DNA of 63,440 nt, counting the filler, from Reticulomyxa filosa (Eukaryota; Protista; Foraminifera), in the NCBI GenBank assembly GCA_000512085.1. It is 16 parts of 16 records of this genome, joined end to end, with 100 filler letters (N's around TTAATTAATTAA, not from the genome) between each part and the next. Parts side by side here need not be neighbours in the genome. Positions count along the whole stretch, not along the records: positions 1 to 14,085 come from ASPP01014291.1; positions 14,186 to 18,050 come from ASPP01019591.1; positions 18,151 to 22,598 come from ASPP01016443.1; positions 22,699 to 26,139 come from ASPP01024028.1; 12 more parts are not named here. One strand, 5' to 3'. The translations under genes were made by a program, and so were the position numbers. Below, in pieces: positions 13,206 through 25,461 of this stretch. Position 1 is the stretch's first letter. Each line of letters starts with the position of its first letter. Under the pieces are notes generated by a model. That model did no database searches and had not been told where the DNA came from. It saw nothing but the letters and a program-made list of their open reading frames with translations.

Positions 13206-13369
13206 TATTAGCCTGTCCAAATACATTCCCCCATGGCGAAATGGCAAACAAAAAGTAAAAGTTTCAAAGTGCAAAAGGAAATAATCGAAAATGCACCAGC
13301 GAGCACGGGGCAAACAAAGGTTGTATGTTGTCTCCCAATACCTGGGACTCCCCCAAATGCGACTTACAG

Positions 13370-13900
13370 GTGCGTTTTAGTGTCCAATCACTCAAATTCC
13401 AAGTATCAATCTTTTACAGTAATAAAGACCACGTGTTTGGAAGATGATCTGAGTGCACATTTAATTCTCCAATTACTAATCAATAGAAGAATGGACGATG
13501 AACATAAAGTAATATCAATGCTTGATGTCATGTTATCTTTCATGAATATGCAATCAAATGGCAATATATTGATAATGTGTAATGAAATCAAGAAGATATT
13601 CACCCATATCGTCGATGCCAACCATACATGATAATGTGCACTCAAATCTCCTCCAATGACAATGTAATCAGTAATTTTCATAGCAGACTGTAATTTTTTG
13701 CTTAAATATTTGAATATTGAGATGATTATACTGCAAATTTCGATAAAAACTGCAGAATAATAAAGGTTTCCTTTGATCAGGTCATGATGTTTCCACCAAA
13801 CATGAAAAAAAACAAAACAAAAACCCAACAATATTCATAACAAAATACGTTGAATGTTATTAAATGATCGTGAAATTGAATGTAAATCTATTCGACATAA
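13370..13900 (-). mobile_element. Decayed LINE APE-type endonuclease fragment, opposite orientation to the RT fragments
   Basis: DYIVIGGDLSAHYHVW (GDFNAH..W motif) and SSIDITLCSSS...ISNWRI (S.ID..L motif). Confidence 0.7.
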
Positions 13901-14085
13901 TACTACAGATCTTACTGTTTCATTCCAGTGATGAATATAAAGATACTGTAAATTATGACCGATGTCAATCTGATGTGAGTTTTGTTCTAATACTTGGGTC
14001 TCGTTAATATTGGTCTTTTTCTTTGGTTTTCGAGGTCTACTATTATTTTCATTTCAATTTAATTTTTGTCCTTTGGCAGCATCAG

Positions 14086-14185
14086 NNNNNNNNNNNNNNN
14101 NNNNNNNNNNNNNNNNNNNNNNNNNNNNNTTAATTAATTAANNNNNNNNNNNNNNNNNNNNNNNNNNNNNNNNNNNNNNNNNNNN
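14086..14185. other. Artificial contig linker N44-TTAATTAATTAA-N44. Also at 18051, 22599, 26140, 27281, 34818, 36922, 38126, 41502, 43467, 49724, 52491, 54816, 60220 and 61341 (100 bp each)
   Basis: Identical N-padded spacer with stop codons in all six frames, repeated 15 times. Confidence 0.99.
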
Positions 14186-14830
14186 CGAGGCTATTTGAGT
14201 CCTTGGTTCATCACCGATGCTAGAAAGCAAATCGTGGAGTATGATAATCCCATCCTGTTATTTGCCGATAAAAAAGTGTCAAGTGGTGCTGCTTTGGCCG
14301 GTCTTATGGAACAAGTATTATTATATATATATTATGTATATTATGTATCTGTATACACTATATTGATGCGTATATGACCCATATATTGGCATACACAACA
14401 CGGTATAATAAATAGTGTCACCATAGCGGACATCCATTAGTGATTGTTGCAGAAGATATTGATGGAGAAGCACTATCGTTTGTCTGCGCTGTCAAAGTTT
14501 GTTGAGGGAGAGAGGGACTAATAGACTTGTATTTTGCAATATATTTATATACATATATACATTTGTATGTTATAGTCTAACTTGTACATTGTTTGAAAAA
14601 ATGATGGTTAGGCTCCGGGATTTTGAGATGTGCGAAAAAAACAGCTTGTGTGATATGGCGATATTAACTGGCGGTCAAGTTGTGACCTTGGACAGAAAAT
14701 TGAGGATGTGCAATTGCAAGATGCTGCAAGTGTTGCTAGTTTGACGACCACTACTGAAGCTGTTATTACCGAACTTCCAAAGAAAGATGCTCCAAAAATG
14801 GATATGGGAGGCACTGGAGCCTTTTAGAGA
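14186..14830 (+). pseudogene. HSP60: Mitochondrial-type chaperonin Hsp60/Cpn60 pseudogene with introns and internal deletions
   Basis: YLSPWFITDARKQIVEYDNPILLFADKKVSS, PLVIVAEDIDGEALS, VCAVK and APGF*DVRKNSLCDMAILTGG, then a jump to DAASVASLTTTTEAVITELPK. Contains an in-frame TGA and large deletions. Confidence 0.85.
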
Positions 14831-15429
14831 CATCGACTGAATAAAAGATATTGTGCGAGAAATAAACTAAAAGAGAAACCATTAAATGCATTGTTTAATA
14901 CTCCATAACCAAAAAAAAAAATATGTTGTTTGTAAGGATGTGTATTAATCAGACATATTTGTTTGGTTTTTCCTTTTTTGTAAACGCTGAACAATCAAAG
15001 GTTCATTCCAATATGGAGATAATTAAATATTATCATAAGTTTTGACTTTTTTTTTTGCAAACTTGGTGTACTTTTTGTATTACAATCACATCTTTGTTAC
15101 CAATTTTTTTTTTTCCAGAAATTCCTATTTGTACAGCGACGCTTACACGTGGCTCTTTTGGAGTAATCTTTTTTTTTCTTGCCACCAACTCTAAATGATA
15201 GAAATCATTCATTCTTGTTGTCAATTTTTTCAAAGACACGACTGAAAAACCAAATTGAATTTATCTGGATATTTTCGACTTTCTTTTACATTTCAAATAG
15301 TCAAATTCAGAATTTTTTACAATAAATGTAATTTGATGAGAAAGATGTCAAGTGAGCCGGAGGAAGTTTGTTGAAATTATTTTTTAAAAAAATCAAGAGA
15401 AACAAGAATTTACACAAAAAGACAGACAT

Positions 15430-17880
15430 TTTTTAAAAATTTGGGGCAAGTGACAAGTCCTTAAAACAGAATATGCCACTAACTTGGCGTTTGAACTGTA
15501 CTTCATCTTTGCTTACAGGCACAGCAACCACCACTCTCCAATTGCTCCACAGACAATTATTGACCTGTATTATATAAGTGTATATTGATCATAAATCTTT
15601 TCATCATTATAAGAAAACGTTATAACTTGGAACTACAATACTAATCAGCTCAATACTTTCCATTGTTCATTTTCTTCAATTAACTATGGGCACATTCACG
15701 ATATGGGTCTTCAATTTTTTTTAAAATTGTACGCAGTTCAAAGCGCAATGCTATAATACATATTTGATGCACGATGTTGCTATCATTGCTGGAGATTCAC
15801 TAAAGTACCATTGCAATGTAAATAGCAACAACTTGCAAATATGTAGCCCAAACTTCATGTAATGTACGTCTATATTATATCAGCCATTAAATATCTGTTC
15901 AAAATTTCAAACGACACATATATAAATAAATAATCATATGTACACACAAAAAAACTTTTTCAAGCAATGGACCCAAGCATGATTATATCATCGGTAACAG
16001 GAAAGACATTTGCACAAATAACCAACAGAATAACAATTCATTGTGTTCTTATGTCGAATGCGCGCTTTGGTTTCAATAACACTCCTTCAATCAAGTATTC
16101 GGTTATTTTGGACGAGGGAGGTTTATTTTATTGAAAAGCTAGTCTAATAGAACTACCATTTTAAAATGGAGGCCTTGTCAATATCAGACAATGTCTTTGG
16201 GAGGCATAATACAATCAACTGCTGGCACTGACATTACCCAAATATCCACCCACACATTGAAGCGATTCATCGCATTGTTTTGACAAATGGTGGAGCAACT
16301 TTTGAATCACCGATTCAACTATCAACCAGCACGACGTTGTTGCGTTTCATGACAAATGACTAAGCTATGCTACAGTAATACTAACTACAAGTCCAGCTAT
16401 AGTCGCCCTTGTGATTATGACCACCTTGGCATTGTCAAATTGACACAAGCATTTCCAAAAAAGCTTATCCAATGTTTGAACAGGCGATACAATGACCGAT
16501 GGTACAACTTTTATTTTTTTCTTCAGTATTGAGTTTATTAGTTGTTGTTCTTCTTTTTTTGTTAGCGTTGGATTTGAGTCGACGTGAATTTTGATATTTG
16601 AATCGCATAGGAACCTTTGGCGCAATCAAAATCAAATTGAACCATAACACGCAAAATAACAAAAAAGACAATGTCAATGTGAAGAGAATGCAACTTGGAG
16701 ACTAGTACAAAATTATTAATGCTCAATGTCGCTCGCGAGCTCGCGATTCCGTCCATTAACCCACACATGGCTCAAAATCCAAAGTCGCGCCATCAGCACA
16801 CGATAAATTTCGACGCTATATGGCGCGGAAGAACAATCAAAACGTATATATGGACCATAACTTGTAGCATATACCGAGCTCGCAATTTCATTTGGTGAAT
16901 TTGCTACCAATGTCGATAGCAGAGGCCACACACAATGTAAACTCAAGTAGAGTTTGCAGCTTCAAAAACTCGTGTTCACATTCTGAACATCGTCGTTTCG
17001 GCAGCTTGGATCATCATCGTGGAGACGCTTTAGTCATCTCACAAGTATTCATCGCTTTAGTGGACATGCCAAGTAATGTATTCCTTTGTATGCGCTGTCG
17101 TGCACTCCACAACAATATGCAAGTCTGTTGCGAAATTAGTGGTTCCAATGAAACGGATCGTGACCAATATGCTATTGTTCAATTCCACGCTCTAGCCCAG
17201 ATTAAAAGGCTAATCGTCGACTCTATCCGTCTTGAGGACTGTTCGAATTGCATCGTTATCTTGGTCGAACGTTGGTAGCAAATTGGCTGCAATGCTGAAG
17301 CACGAGTGAGTGATTATGTGTCGTTGCTTCAAACTGAAGCACCTTGTTCGTTCCACCTCGGCGTTTGTTGGCTATCCGGTTCACGTGTCAAGGTTTCGAT
17401 AACAGATCTTTTTCATTCTTCCATTTTTTCAATTTATGATATGCATCCATGACATTTGCTGCGCAATTTCGCCCGGTCTCGCAAATATACCGCCGTCCAG
17501 GTCTTTTTTAAAAAAACAAACATAATTATTGAATTTTGTTTTGTTCATTTGTCCTAATCTACCTTCTATCTCAATGACCATTGACAAATAATAACAAAAC
17601 TGCAGGTGAGTTTTCTCATTTGCTCCAATGACGTGTACGTCGTCTCCTTTCGCGTCTCTTCCAATGTATGGTGTTATCTATTGTTTCAATTTCAAAGTTC
17701 AACATTATACGTCGTTTGAAAAAAAAAATGGTCAGATTAACTTTTTTTTTGCAATCGCTGTTCAATGCTGGATTTCCCTTTTGTCGTCGCTTTCATCTGT
17801 TGCTATCGTTTCCGGAATCGATCGAATCTTGGAAATTAATCTTCGTTTGGCGAAGGTACCTATTCTTTTTGAACACTACA
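15430..17880 (-). pseudogene. Decayed member of an unknown multicopy gene family, paralogous to 61700-63440
   Basis: Coding-like composition with many stops; 17486-17598 aligns by eye to 63321-63440. Confidence 0.45.
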
Positions 17881-18150
17881 TTTCACATTCGAATCAGGTC
17901 ACTCTTAATTGATATATCTTTTGACTACAAACAACAAAAAAAGAAAAAAAAAAGCAAACCTAAAAGTAGCGGTATTCAATGTCAATGCTATATCGATCAT
18001 TGAGGTGGCACGAACAAATATATTTGATCAATCTGGAACGATTCTTGATTNNNNNNNNNNNNNNNNNNNNNNNNNNNNNNNNNNNNNNNNNNNNTTAATT
18101 AATTAANNNNNNNNNNNNNNNNNNNNNNNNNNNNNNNNNNNNNNNNNNNN

Positions 18151-18189
<39 letters not shown>

Positions 18190-18192
<3 letters not shown>

Positions 18193-19930
18193 CATAACAT
18201 TAGCGCCATTTCAATAACAATTTAGTTTCCTTTGATTTTTGGCACATGTAGATCGCAGTTCGGGTCCCTCTTTGGCGCTGTGCACGCTAACAATTGTTCG
18301 CATAGACTTGCGTGCTGGTGTTTATGGCGAAGCAAGTTCTTTCCAATGCCTCGGGTTGCCAATGATATACATTGCCACGCTCGCTCTGCATCTTTCACTG
18401 GGGAACGCTATGGGAAGTTAGTTCACGCCCGCGAGTGGCGACTTTGCGCGTTTCCAGACATAACGGATAATTTCCATAACCAAACTTAAAAAGCTTCCGG
18501 ACGTGCTGTTTTTTTGTTTGGGTTTTTTTTTTTTTTTGAACAAATCCAACGCGACTTGGTTTCTGGATTTTCTTTCTTCTGTTCATCCTCCTCCTACTCA
18601 TAATCTTTCTCTTCTTGTTGATCGGTGTTTTGACGGAGTTTCACTACAACTCCTCCACCACTTTGCACGATATCAACGCTTTTTTTTTTCTTCTTGACGA
18701 ACTACTTTCGTTGTCTGGAGGCACCAACGATTCCTTCCATCAGCAGAACACTAACTGTTAAAAAGTCAAAGTTGCGAATGTGCGCATGCACACAACATGC
18801 TTCGACACGATTAGTTAGACCTATTTTTTTAACAACCGAGCTTCCCTTGTTCGTTGATGTTTTCTAAATCGCAGGTCGACGTCCTCTTTGAGAATTATTG
18901 TTGGCGTAGCACATAGACAGAGACTTGTGTGCGCATATGTTGACGGCCAAGTTATTTCCAATTGTTCGGGCTACTACTGCTTGACATTCACATAATTTAT
19001 TCATTAGCTTTGCCTGGCGCGTTCTATTGGAAGGTATTGCATATCTGGAAACACGAGGTCTCCACTCGCGGGCGTGAAGAGCCAGTACATAACCACATTC
19101 AGCAAATCTGTCGACAAGTTTGTTTTTTTTTTAAAGATCCAACACGGCATTTTCGATATTCTCTTTCTTCTCCGCATTCTCCTTTTTCTCCTCTTTACGA
19201 TTATCTTTTTATTTGCCAATGTTTTGATGGAGTTTCGCAATACTCCTCCACAAGTTGAACCACTTTCACATGGAATATTCTCCCAATGAGTGGTTTTTCT
19301 CGGTGACGTAGGTAAATTTTTCCTAACAAGTTCAACGCTCTTTTCTCATCGCCTTCCACTTCTTCTCCGCCGCTGTTGTGACACCACAATGTCCCTTTGC
19401 TTGTACTGCTACAATTTCTTTTTTTTTTCTTCTTGGTGAGCTTGCTTTCGTCGTATATCACTGAGATTCAACTTTTTGGTATTGCGCTTGCAGAATCTGG
19501 TCCAACTGTTCCACGATGCACTGACCAAAGTTCAAGTTGCGAATGTGCGTACGCACACGACCAGTTTCGGCACGAGTTTCCAATATATGCGTTGATAAAG
19601 TTTGCGCCATTTTCATAACGGCCGAGTTTCATTTGTCCGTTGGCGCATGCAGATCATAGTTTGACGTCATCTTTGGCGCTTTGACACACCAACAATTATC
19701 CAATAGATTTTCGTGCGCCTATTCTGATGGCAAACAAGTTCATCCAACTGTTCGAGTTAACATACTCACTCATTGATTTGAGCGCTATGGGAAACTAGTT
19801 CATGTCTGGAAATATGCAAGTTTCCATTCATCTCCTTCTCACTACTCACGCTCATCTTCTTTCTTGCCATGTCTTGACGGAGTTTCGCACAACTCCTCCA
19901 CTAAACTGAGCCGCTCTCACGATTAGAGCA
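18190..19930. repeat. Three diverged ~600-700 bp tandem units (decayed coding-like repeat)
   Basis: Shared anchors ttgaYggagtttcRc...actcctccac at ~18630, 19224 and 19874; aagttgcgaatgtgcg at ~18769 and 19534; ctat(g/t)ggaa at ~18408, 19024 and 19785. Confidence 0.75.
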
Positions 19931-21553
19931 AACAAACTTCGCTCTTCTTCTATCACTTTTTCTTCTTTTTCTTCATTTTTATCCCCTTTTTCCCTTTTGC
20001 TTTTTTCTATCTTTTTTTTTTCTTTATCTTTTTTTCATTTTTCTACTTTTAATTTTTTTTTTCCTTTTTTCAAATTGCCATTTTTTTATTTTTTATTTCA
20101 TTTTTCAACATTTTTCATTTTTTATTTTTCTCATTCTTTTTTATTATTTTCTTTTTCTCATTCTTTTTCATTTTTTCGTTTTCTTAAATAAATTTTTTCT
20201 ACATTTTTCCCCTTCATTTTTTCCAATCTTTTTCCCATCTTTTTCTCATTTTTTTCCCATCTTATCCCAATCCTTTTTCATCTTTTTTCCCCTATCCCTA
20301 TCCTCTCAAATTGAAATAAAAAAAAAAACATAAAAAAAAAAAAAACTTTCCAATATTGTTTTGATCTTGACTCCTATTCAAACATTCACAAAGTAAATTT
20401 TTCTCATTTTTTTAGAAAAAAACAGCATACTTTGCATTTGAGCGAAAAGCTCCAATTCCAATTTTCCTATAATTTTTTTTCTTTTGCAAGGGGATGGAGG
20501 GTAGTGCAAACACTTTTTTTTTTGATGGAGGCATGCCTATTCAAACGCATACATATGTTTTATTAAAAAAAATTAAAAATAAAAATAAAAAATAAACCTT
20601 TTCATTTTTTATTGAATACGGGGGTGGCTTCAACCCCGAAGTTTTCTTTGGAGTGAGGGGACGTATAATTATTTTTTTTTTGACAGAGGCTGCGGCTGTA
20701 ATGCAAAAAACACATAATGTCATATGTCAAAAAAAAAAAAAATAGATATAACAAACCATGATTTCTCCTTGAGGAGACGGGGGCCTTACCCCATTTCTTT
20801 TTTCTTTTGTTGAAGGATGCAAAGCACCCGAATAAGAAAGACATTTTTTTTGCAAAGTGGACAGCTGTTGAACAACAAACCACTTTTCTTTTTTAAGCTA
20901 AAATTTTTAAAAAACAAAACAAAAAAGACATACCAGTGACAGATGGTGTAATCACCCTAGTTGCGAGCTGGTACGACGAGAGAGACAACAAAAAAAAAAA
21001 GACCTTTTTTCTTAATTCTAAAAAAATTGAAACAACTCAAGTGATAAGAATTCTAAAAATCCAAAAGAAGACAAGACTGCAGAATAAGTTTAATACAAGA
21101 ATATGTATATGGTCAAATTCTTTTTTGGTATAATTAAAGCAGAAATAGTATAGTTACTTAATTCTATATCAATTTTTTTTCAAAATTACACTTAGTTTAA
21201 CAATTGAAATTCTATTTACGTCGCTATTTTTTTAGCTTAATTTTTTTCCTTCAAAAAAAGGTCAATAATGTGATGAATATAAGAAATAATTAAAGCTGAT
21301 TGTCTTCAGCGAATTTGACTTTCAAGAACATGGAAATTTTCAGTTTGAGATGATTGCCAAGAGAAAGAGGAAAAAAAAAAAAATACTGGAGAAAAGATTT
21401 ATTAAAAAAAAAAAGATGAATGAAATACTATTTTCTTTTTTTTGAATGTATATATATACACAACACGACGTCGTCCGCTTTCAGACGCGACTTTCGTTTG
21501 TTGTTTGTTGTTGTTGGGTTTGTGATGTTTATATAAGCGTGTGTAAGGAATTG

Positions 21554-22556
21554 TTAGAGTTTTCTGAATTTGAATTTTCGCCTTGCACCATACGAGTTTT
21601 CCATCGATCGAATGATAAATCCGCACATGACAATAGTTTTGAGAGTAATGATAACTTCGTGCATGCGAATGTGTTTTGCAGAAAGAGAGAGTTGATGCCA
21701 GGGGCTGAGCCAGGGATCTTCCTTGCGCTGATAGCAATGATGTAAGCCAAAGATCCAGCCTGCGGTATGTAATTCCTCTACCCAGACGTCATGAAGAAAC
21801 TTGGCGCAAGAAGGGATAAGAGTGACGACCATTTTGGGGATGCCTAAGCGTTCCAATTTGGAGTCGAGCCAATGGAGTCCCTCCTTCAAATACAAATCCG
21901 ACGACATTTTTTCAGTTTTGGAGGCAGAAGAAGAAGAAGAAGAAGAAGCATGGGTAGAGCTAGTAGTGGCATTGAGCAAAGCATGATCCTCAGAAGCAGA
22001 GACAGAGGCTGCGACAATGTCAAAACCATTCAATTGGAAGAAGACAATAACAGCACGAACCATGACTTCCAACCTTCGCTTATGTTGGCTGTTAGCCTGT
22101 TTGAATGTGACGACACAAGACTCCAACAACCAAGCGCTGCTGTCAAATGCAGCGTAAGCCCACTTTTCGGCGAATAAGTGTTCGATCATTCGTTGATGCA
22201 GCAGCGCGCAGGCCAATTGCAAAGGGAACTTGGTGGGCAAGATATCTTCGGTTTTCCAGTTGTAGGAATGGAGCCACTCCTTTTCAGTCTGGAGCCAGCC
22301 GGTAGTGATCCCTTTGTTCTTGGCATGTCCGCGGTCGTGGTGTAGTTTCTGCTCGCTGCATACAAACATTTCGATGAGGTTCAAAAACTGTCGACCCTTG
22401 TCCACACGAACGCGACAATGAAACGGTTTCACTTTGCTTTTCTTGCTGTCGGTGTAGTAGTGGATACTCACCAAGTAGGCAGGCTCTCCGTTGCTTGGAG
22501 TGTTCGAATTATTCTGATCAAGATTTGGTACATTGCCACTCGTCCGCTTGCCATCA

Positions 22557-22598
<42 letters not shown>
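21554..22598 (-). CDS. Protein ending in two RyR (ryanodine receptor repeat) domains, 5' partial
   Basis: CAKFLHDVWVEELHTAGWIFGLHHCYQRKEDPWLSPWHQLSLSAKHIRMHEVIITLKTIVMCGFII fits the RyR repeat pattern (A...H..W......GW..G.......HP.L.P...L....K...LKT....G). An earlier diverged copy reads LLHQRMIEHLFAEKWAY...VVTFKQ...FFQLNGFDI. Confidence 0.78.
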
Positions 22599-22698
22599 NN
22601 NNNNNNNNNNNNNNNNNNNNNNNNNNNNNNNNNNNNNNNNNNTTAATTAATTAANNNNNNNNNNNNNNNNNNNNNNNNNNNNNNNNNNNNNNNNNNNN

Positions 22699-23446
22699 AT
22701 ATATATATATATACATAAATTACTTTGGGGTTGAATAGTGGGTGTAACAAAATGGACATGATCTTGCAACAAATGATCAAGAAAGAGAAGAAGATGGGAC
22801 AAATCCTGCGTATGCATATGATGAGCATGTTTGGACAGCAAAGCATTGGAAAAGAAAGAAAACAGCGCCTGCGAATGAGTGGGACATAGCCAATGACGGA
22901 CTTTTGCACTTTGCGTGGCCAAACTTGCAAAGTGCAAGCCGTGCCGTTTGAGGTCGTCGGAAAGAGAAGGGAACAGCGTGCAAAAGTAAAAAACAAAGAC
23001 GCCAATGTTTTCGGTGTGATCGGAGCGATCCAAATACAACACGTTGCATTGATATTTGGGAGTATGTAAGCCTGTGAGGGTCACTTCACATAGTGCCGAG
23101 GATTGACGCAGGTGTATATCCGTTAGCGTTGATACTTTGGAAACAACAGAACGAGAAGAAGAAGAAGAAGGAGGAGAGGGAGAAGAAGGGGTTTTGAAAG
23201 CTTGTTGAAGAGTATACATGGAATCATTGAGGATTGACAACATGTAATGGAGGCCATTGTTTTCAAACAAATGACTGTAGTCAATGTGTGTTTTATGTTG
23301 GTCAATCCACTCTATCGACAAGGACGACCATGCATCTTTTCTTTCAATCGACTCATTATCCAATCCATGTATCTCTCTGTTTTTTTTCGTATGTTTCATT
23401 TCCAATGATAGCATTTCTAAAAATGACTTTGTGATATTTGATATTA

Positions 23447-23483
<37 letters not shown>

Positions 23484-24984
23484 GTTATCAATGTTATTAT
23501 TTGTCTTTTGTGTTGCAATGCTTTTTTTTTGTTCCGTCAATGCTTTCAATTTCTTCAGCTTTTGCTTCAATTGCTTCACTTCCTTTTCTTCTCCTTTTAA
23601 TGACAGCAATGTCTTCATATCTGCGCTCGCTCGCTCCTCGTCCCACAGTTCAATGCACGCATCACAACGGCGCAACAGTGCCTTGTAGTATACGTCGCTG
23701 CAAATGCAGCTGCTGTTGCCCTCGAAATATTCCATCATTTCTATCACGGTCGAACAGTCTTCCACGCATTTCGAATATTCTTTCGTCTTCAAGTACGCAA
23801 GTGCTTCCTTTTTTTTTTTTTTTTTTTTCCCAGCATTTGTAGTAACGCTTTTATACCAACTAACAAAAATATACACACAATGACATATGTGTATACAAAA
23901 CGATTGGTGTATAGCGCTTTCATATCTCGAACGTGGTCAATCCCAATTGAGTACTATTTACACATAAAAAAAAAAAAAAAATAAACGTATAAATAAACGA
24001 GCATAAAAAAAAAAAAAAAATCTGTTATTTTGTGTATGTGTACATATATCCTACATACGTGTTGAATGGCTTGGGCATATTGTTGTTTCGCCATGTAATC
24101 ATTTCCATTTTTTTTTCCTGACAAGGTACACCCACATACGTATACATTGCAAGTTCTAGTGTCATGTTTCAGAAATATATACATATACATAAACACATAT
24201 ACATATATATGTATATATGTATATATATATATGTGTAATCTCAATTGTACTCTCTATTTTCACAGACAATTATATTGACTCCATACTTGGAGTGCGATTT
24301 TCATTTCGCGCTCCTTTTTTTTGCCCTGTCGCGCATATCCAAGGCCATGGCTTTGAACTCTGGAATGTCCGGAATGTAGTCGTCATCCATGTACTCGTTG
24401 GTGTCGAGATCGGGCTCCCACATTTCCCATTCTTTGTAATCGGTAACTTTGGAGGCTTGACTCTTGTCGCCACTCCTTTTTTTTTTGGCGTAGTACTCCT
24501 CCCACAATTGCTTGCGGCGCTGCTTTCTTTTGTGCTCTTCTTTCAATGCATCCACGCGCTCTTGCAATATTCGGTTCCTTTCTTGGCATGTTTGAAGTGG
24601 TCCATTGCACTGCGGACATTGCTCTGCTCCCTCGTTGCCAACTTTGCCGTTCACTGCTCTCGCTTTTGCCATGTCATAAATCTCAAACTTACAACGATCG
24701 CAATAGTATTCGTACTTGTCAATCCCCCAACCACTATCTTTCGTATAACCTTTTTGCTCGATTTCCATTTGCTTTTGTTGCTCGCGTTTCTCTTTGTCAT
24801 TCCGTTCCTTTTTCTGCCGCTCTTCCGCTCTTTTTGTTTCTGACAACTCTTCCATCAGCATGTCTGCTTCCCTCAGTGCTGTCTCGTCCGTAGCGTCACT
24901 TGTCAACTTCTGAACCGTTTGTTGAACACGTGTTGCACGATCCACAAAATCATTTAATTCATCAGGATTTATATAACCTGCCAT
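22699..24984 (-). CDS. TTC12: TPR protein, TTC12-like (axonemal dynein assembly factor), multi-exon, 3' partial
   Basis: N-terminus ELNDFVDRATRVQQTVQKL..D, then FKAMALDMRDRAKK and TPRs (GNDYMAKQQYAQAI; ALAYLKTKEYSKCVEDCSTVI; KALLRRCDA), followed by a helical region; this matches TTC12 organisation. Confidence 0.7.
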
Positions 24985-25461
24985 TTTTTAGTTTTGTTTA
25001 TATTTTATTATTATTGGTTTTTTATTTATTTTATTTTATTTTTTTGAAGAAACGCTCTTCGCCCTTTCTAAGCTTACACAACAAATTTGACTGTAATCTC
25101 CTTTCAATAGAACTGATGGTTTTGAAAATAACTTGTGCACAGCTAAAACTAATTTCAAAAAGTGGGTAAAGATATATTTTTTGCGAAAGTGTAAGCTAAC
25201 ATTTTATCTCCAAGATTAAATTTGTGGAAAAAGCATATAAGTGTTCTACTGCTAAGCTAGGTTATTAAATTTACCTAGCATTTTTTTCCTTCTTAAAGCT
25301 TTTTTTTGCATTGAGCAGTGTTAAAAGCACAAAAACATGGCCTCGTACATTATTCACCAGAGGTGCGTTTGCTAAAGATAAAAACAGTAATAATTTTTTT
25401 TTTTGGCAAGGGCCTTTAAAACCAGCATAATCAGTGAAGTAATTGAAAATAGTGATTTCTC

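Noticed and set aside
14610-14630. In-frame TGA in Hsp60 as evidence of an alternative genetic code or selenocysteine
   Set aside because: It replaces a conserved Gly (GGA>TGA) in a copy that also has deletions, and intact genes here use TGA, TAA and TAG as normal stops.
19930-20350. Phe-rich ORF 19997-20191
   Set aside because: T-rich low-complexity DNA.
22555-22598. (AAT)n/(ATT)n tracts at contig ends (also ~26075-26139, 37022-37040, 52460-52490) as telomeres
   Set aside because: The same microsatellite occurs inside genes as poly-Asn; contigs simply break at these repeats.
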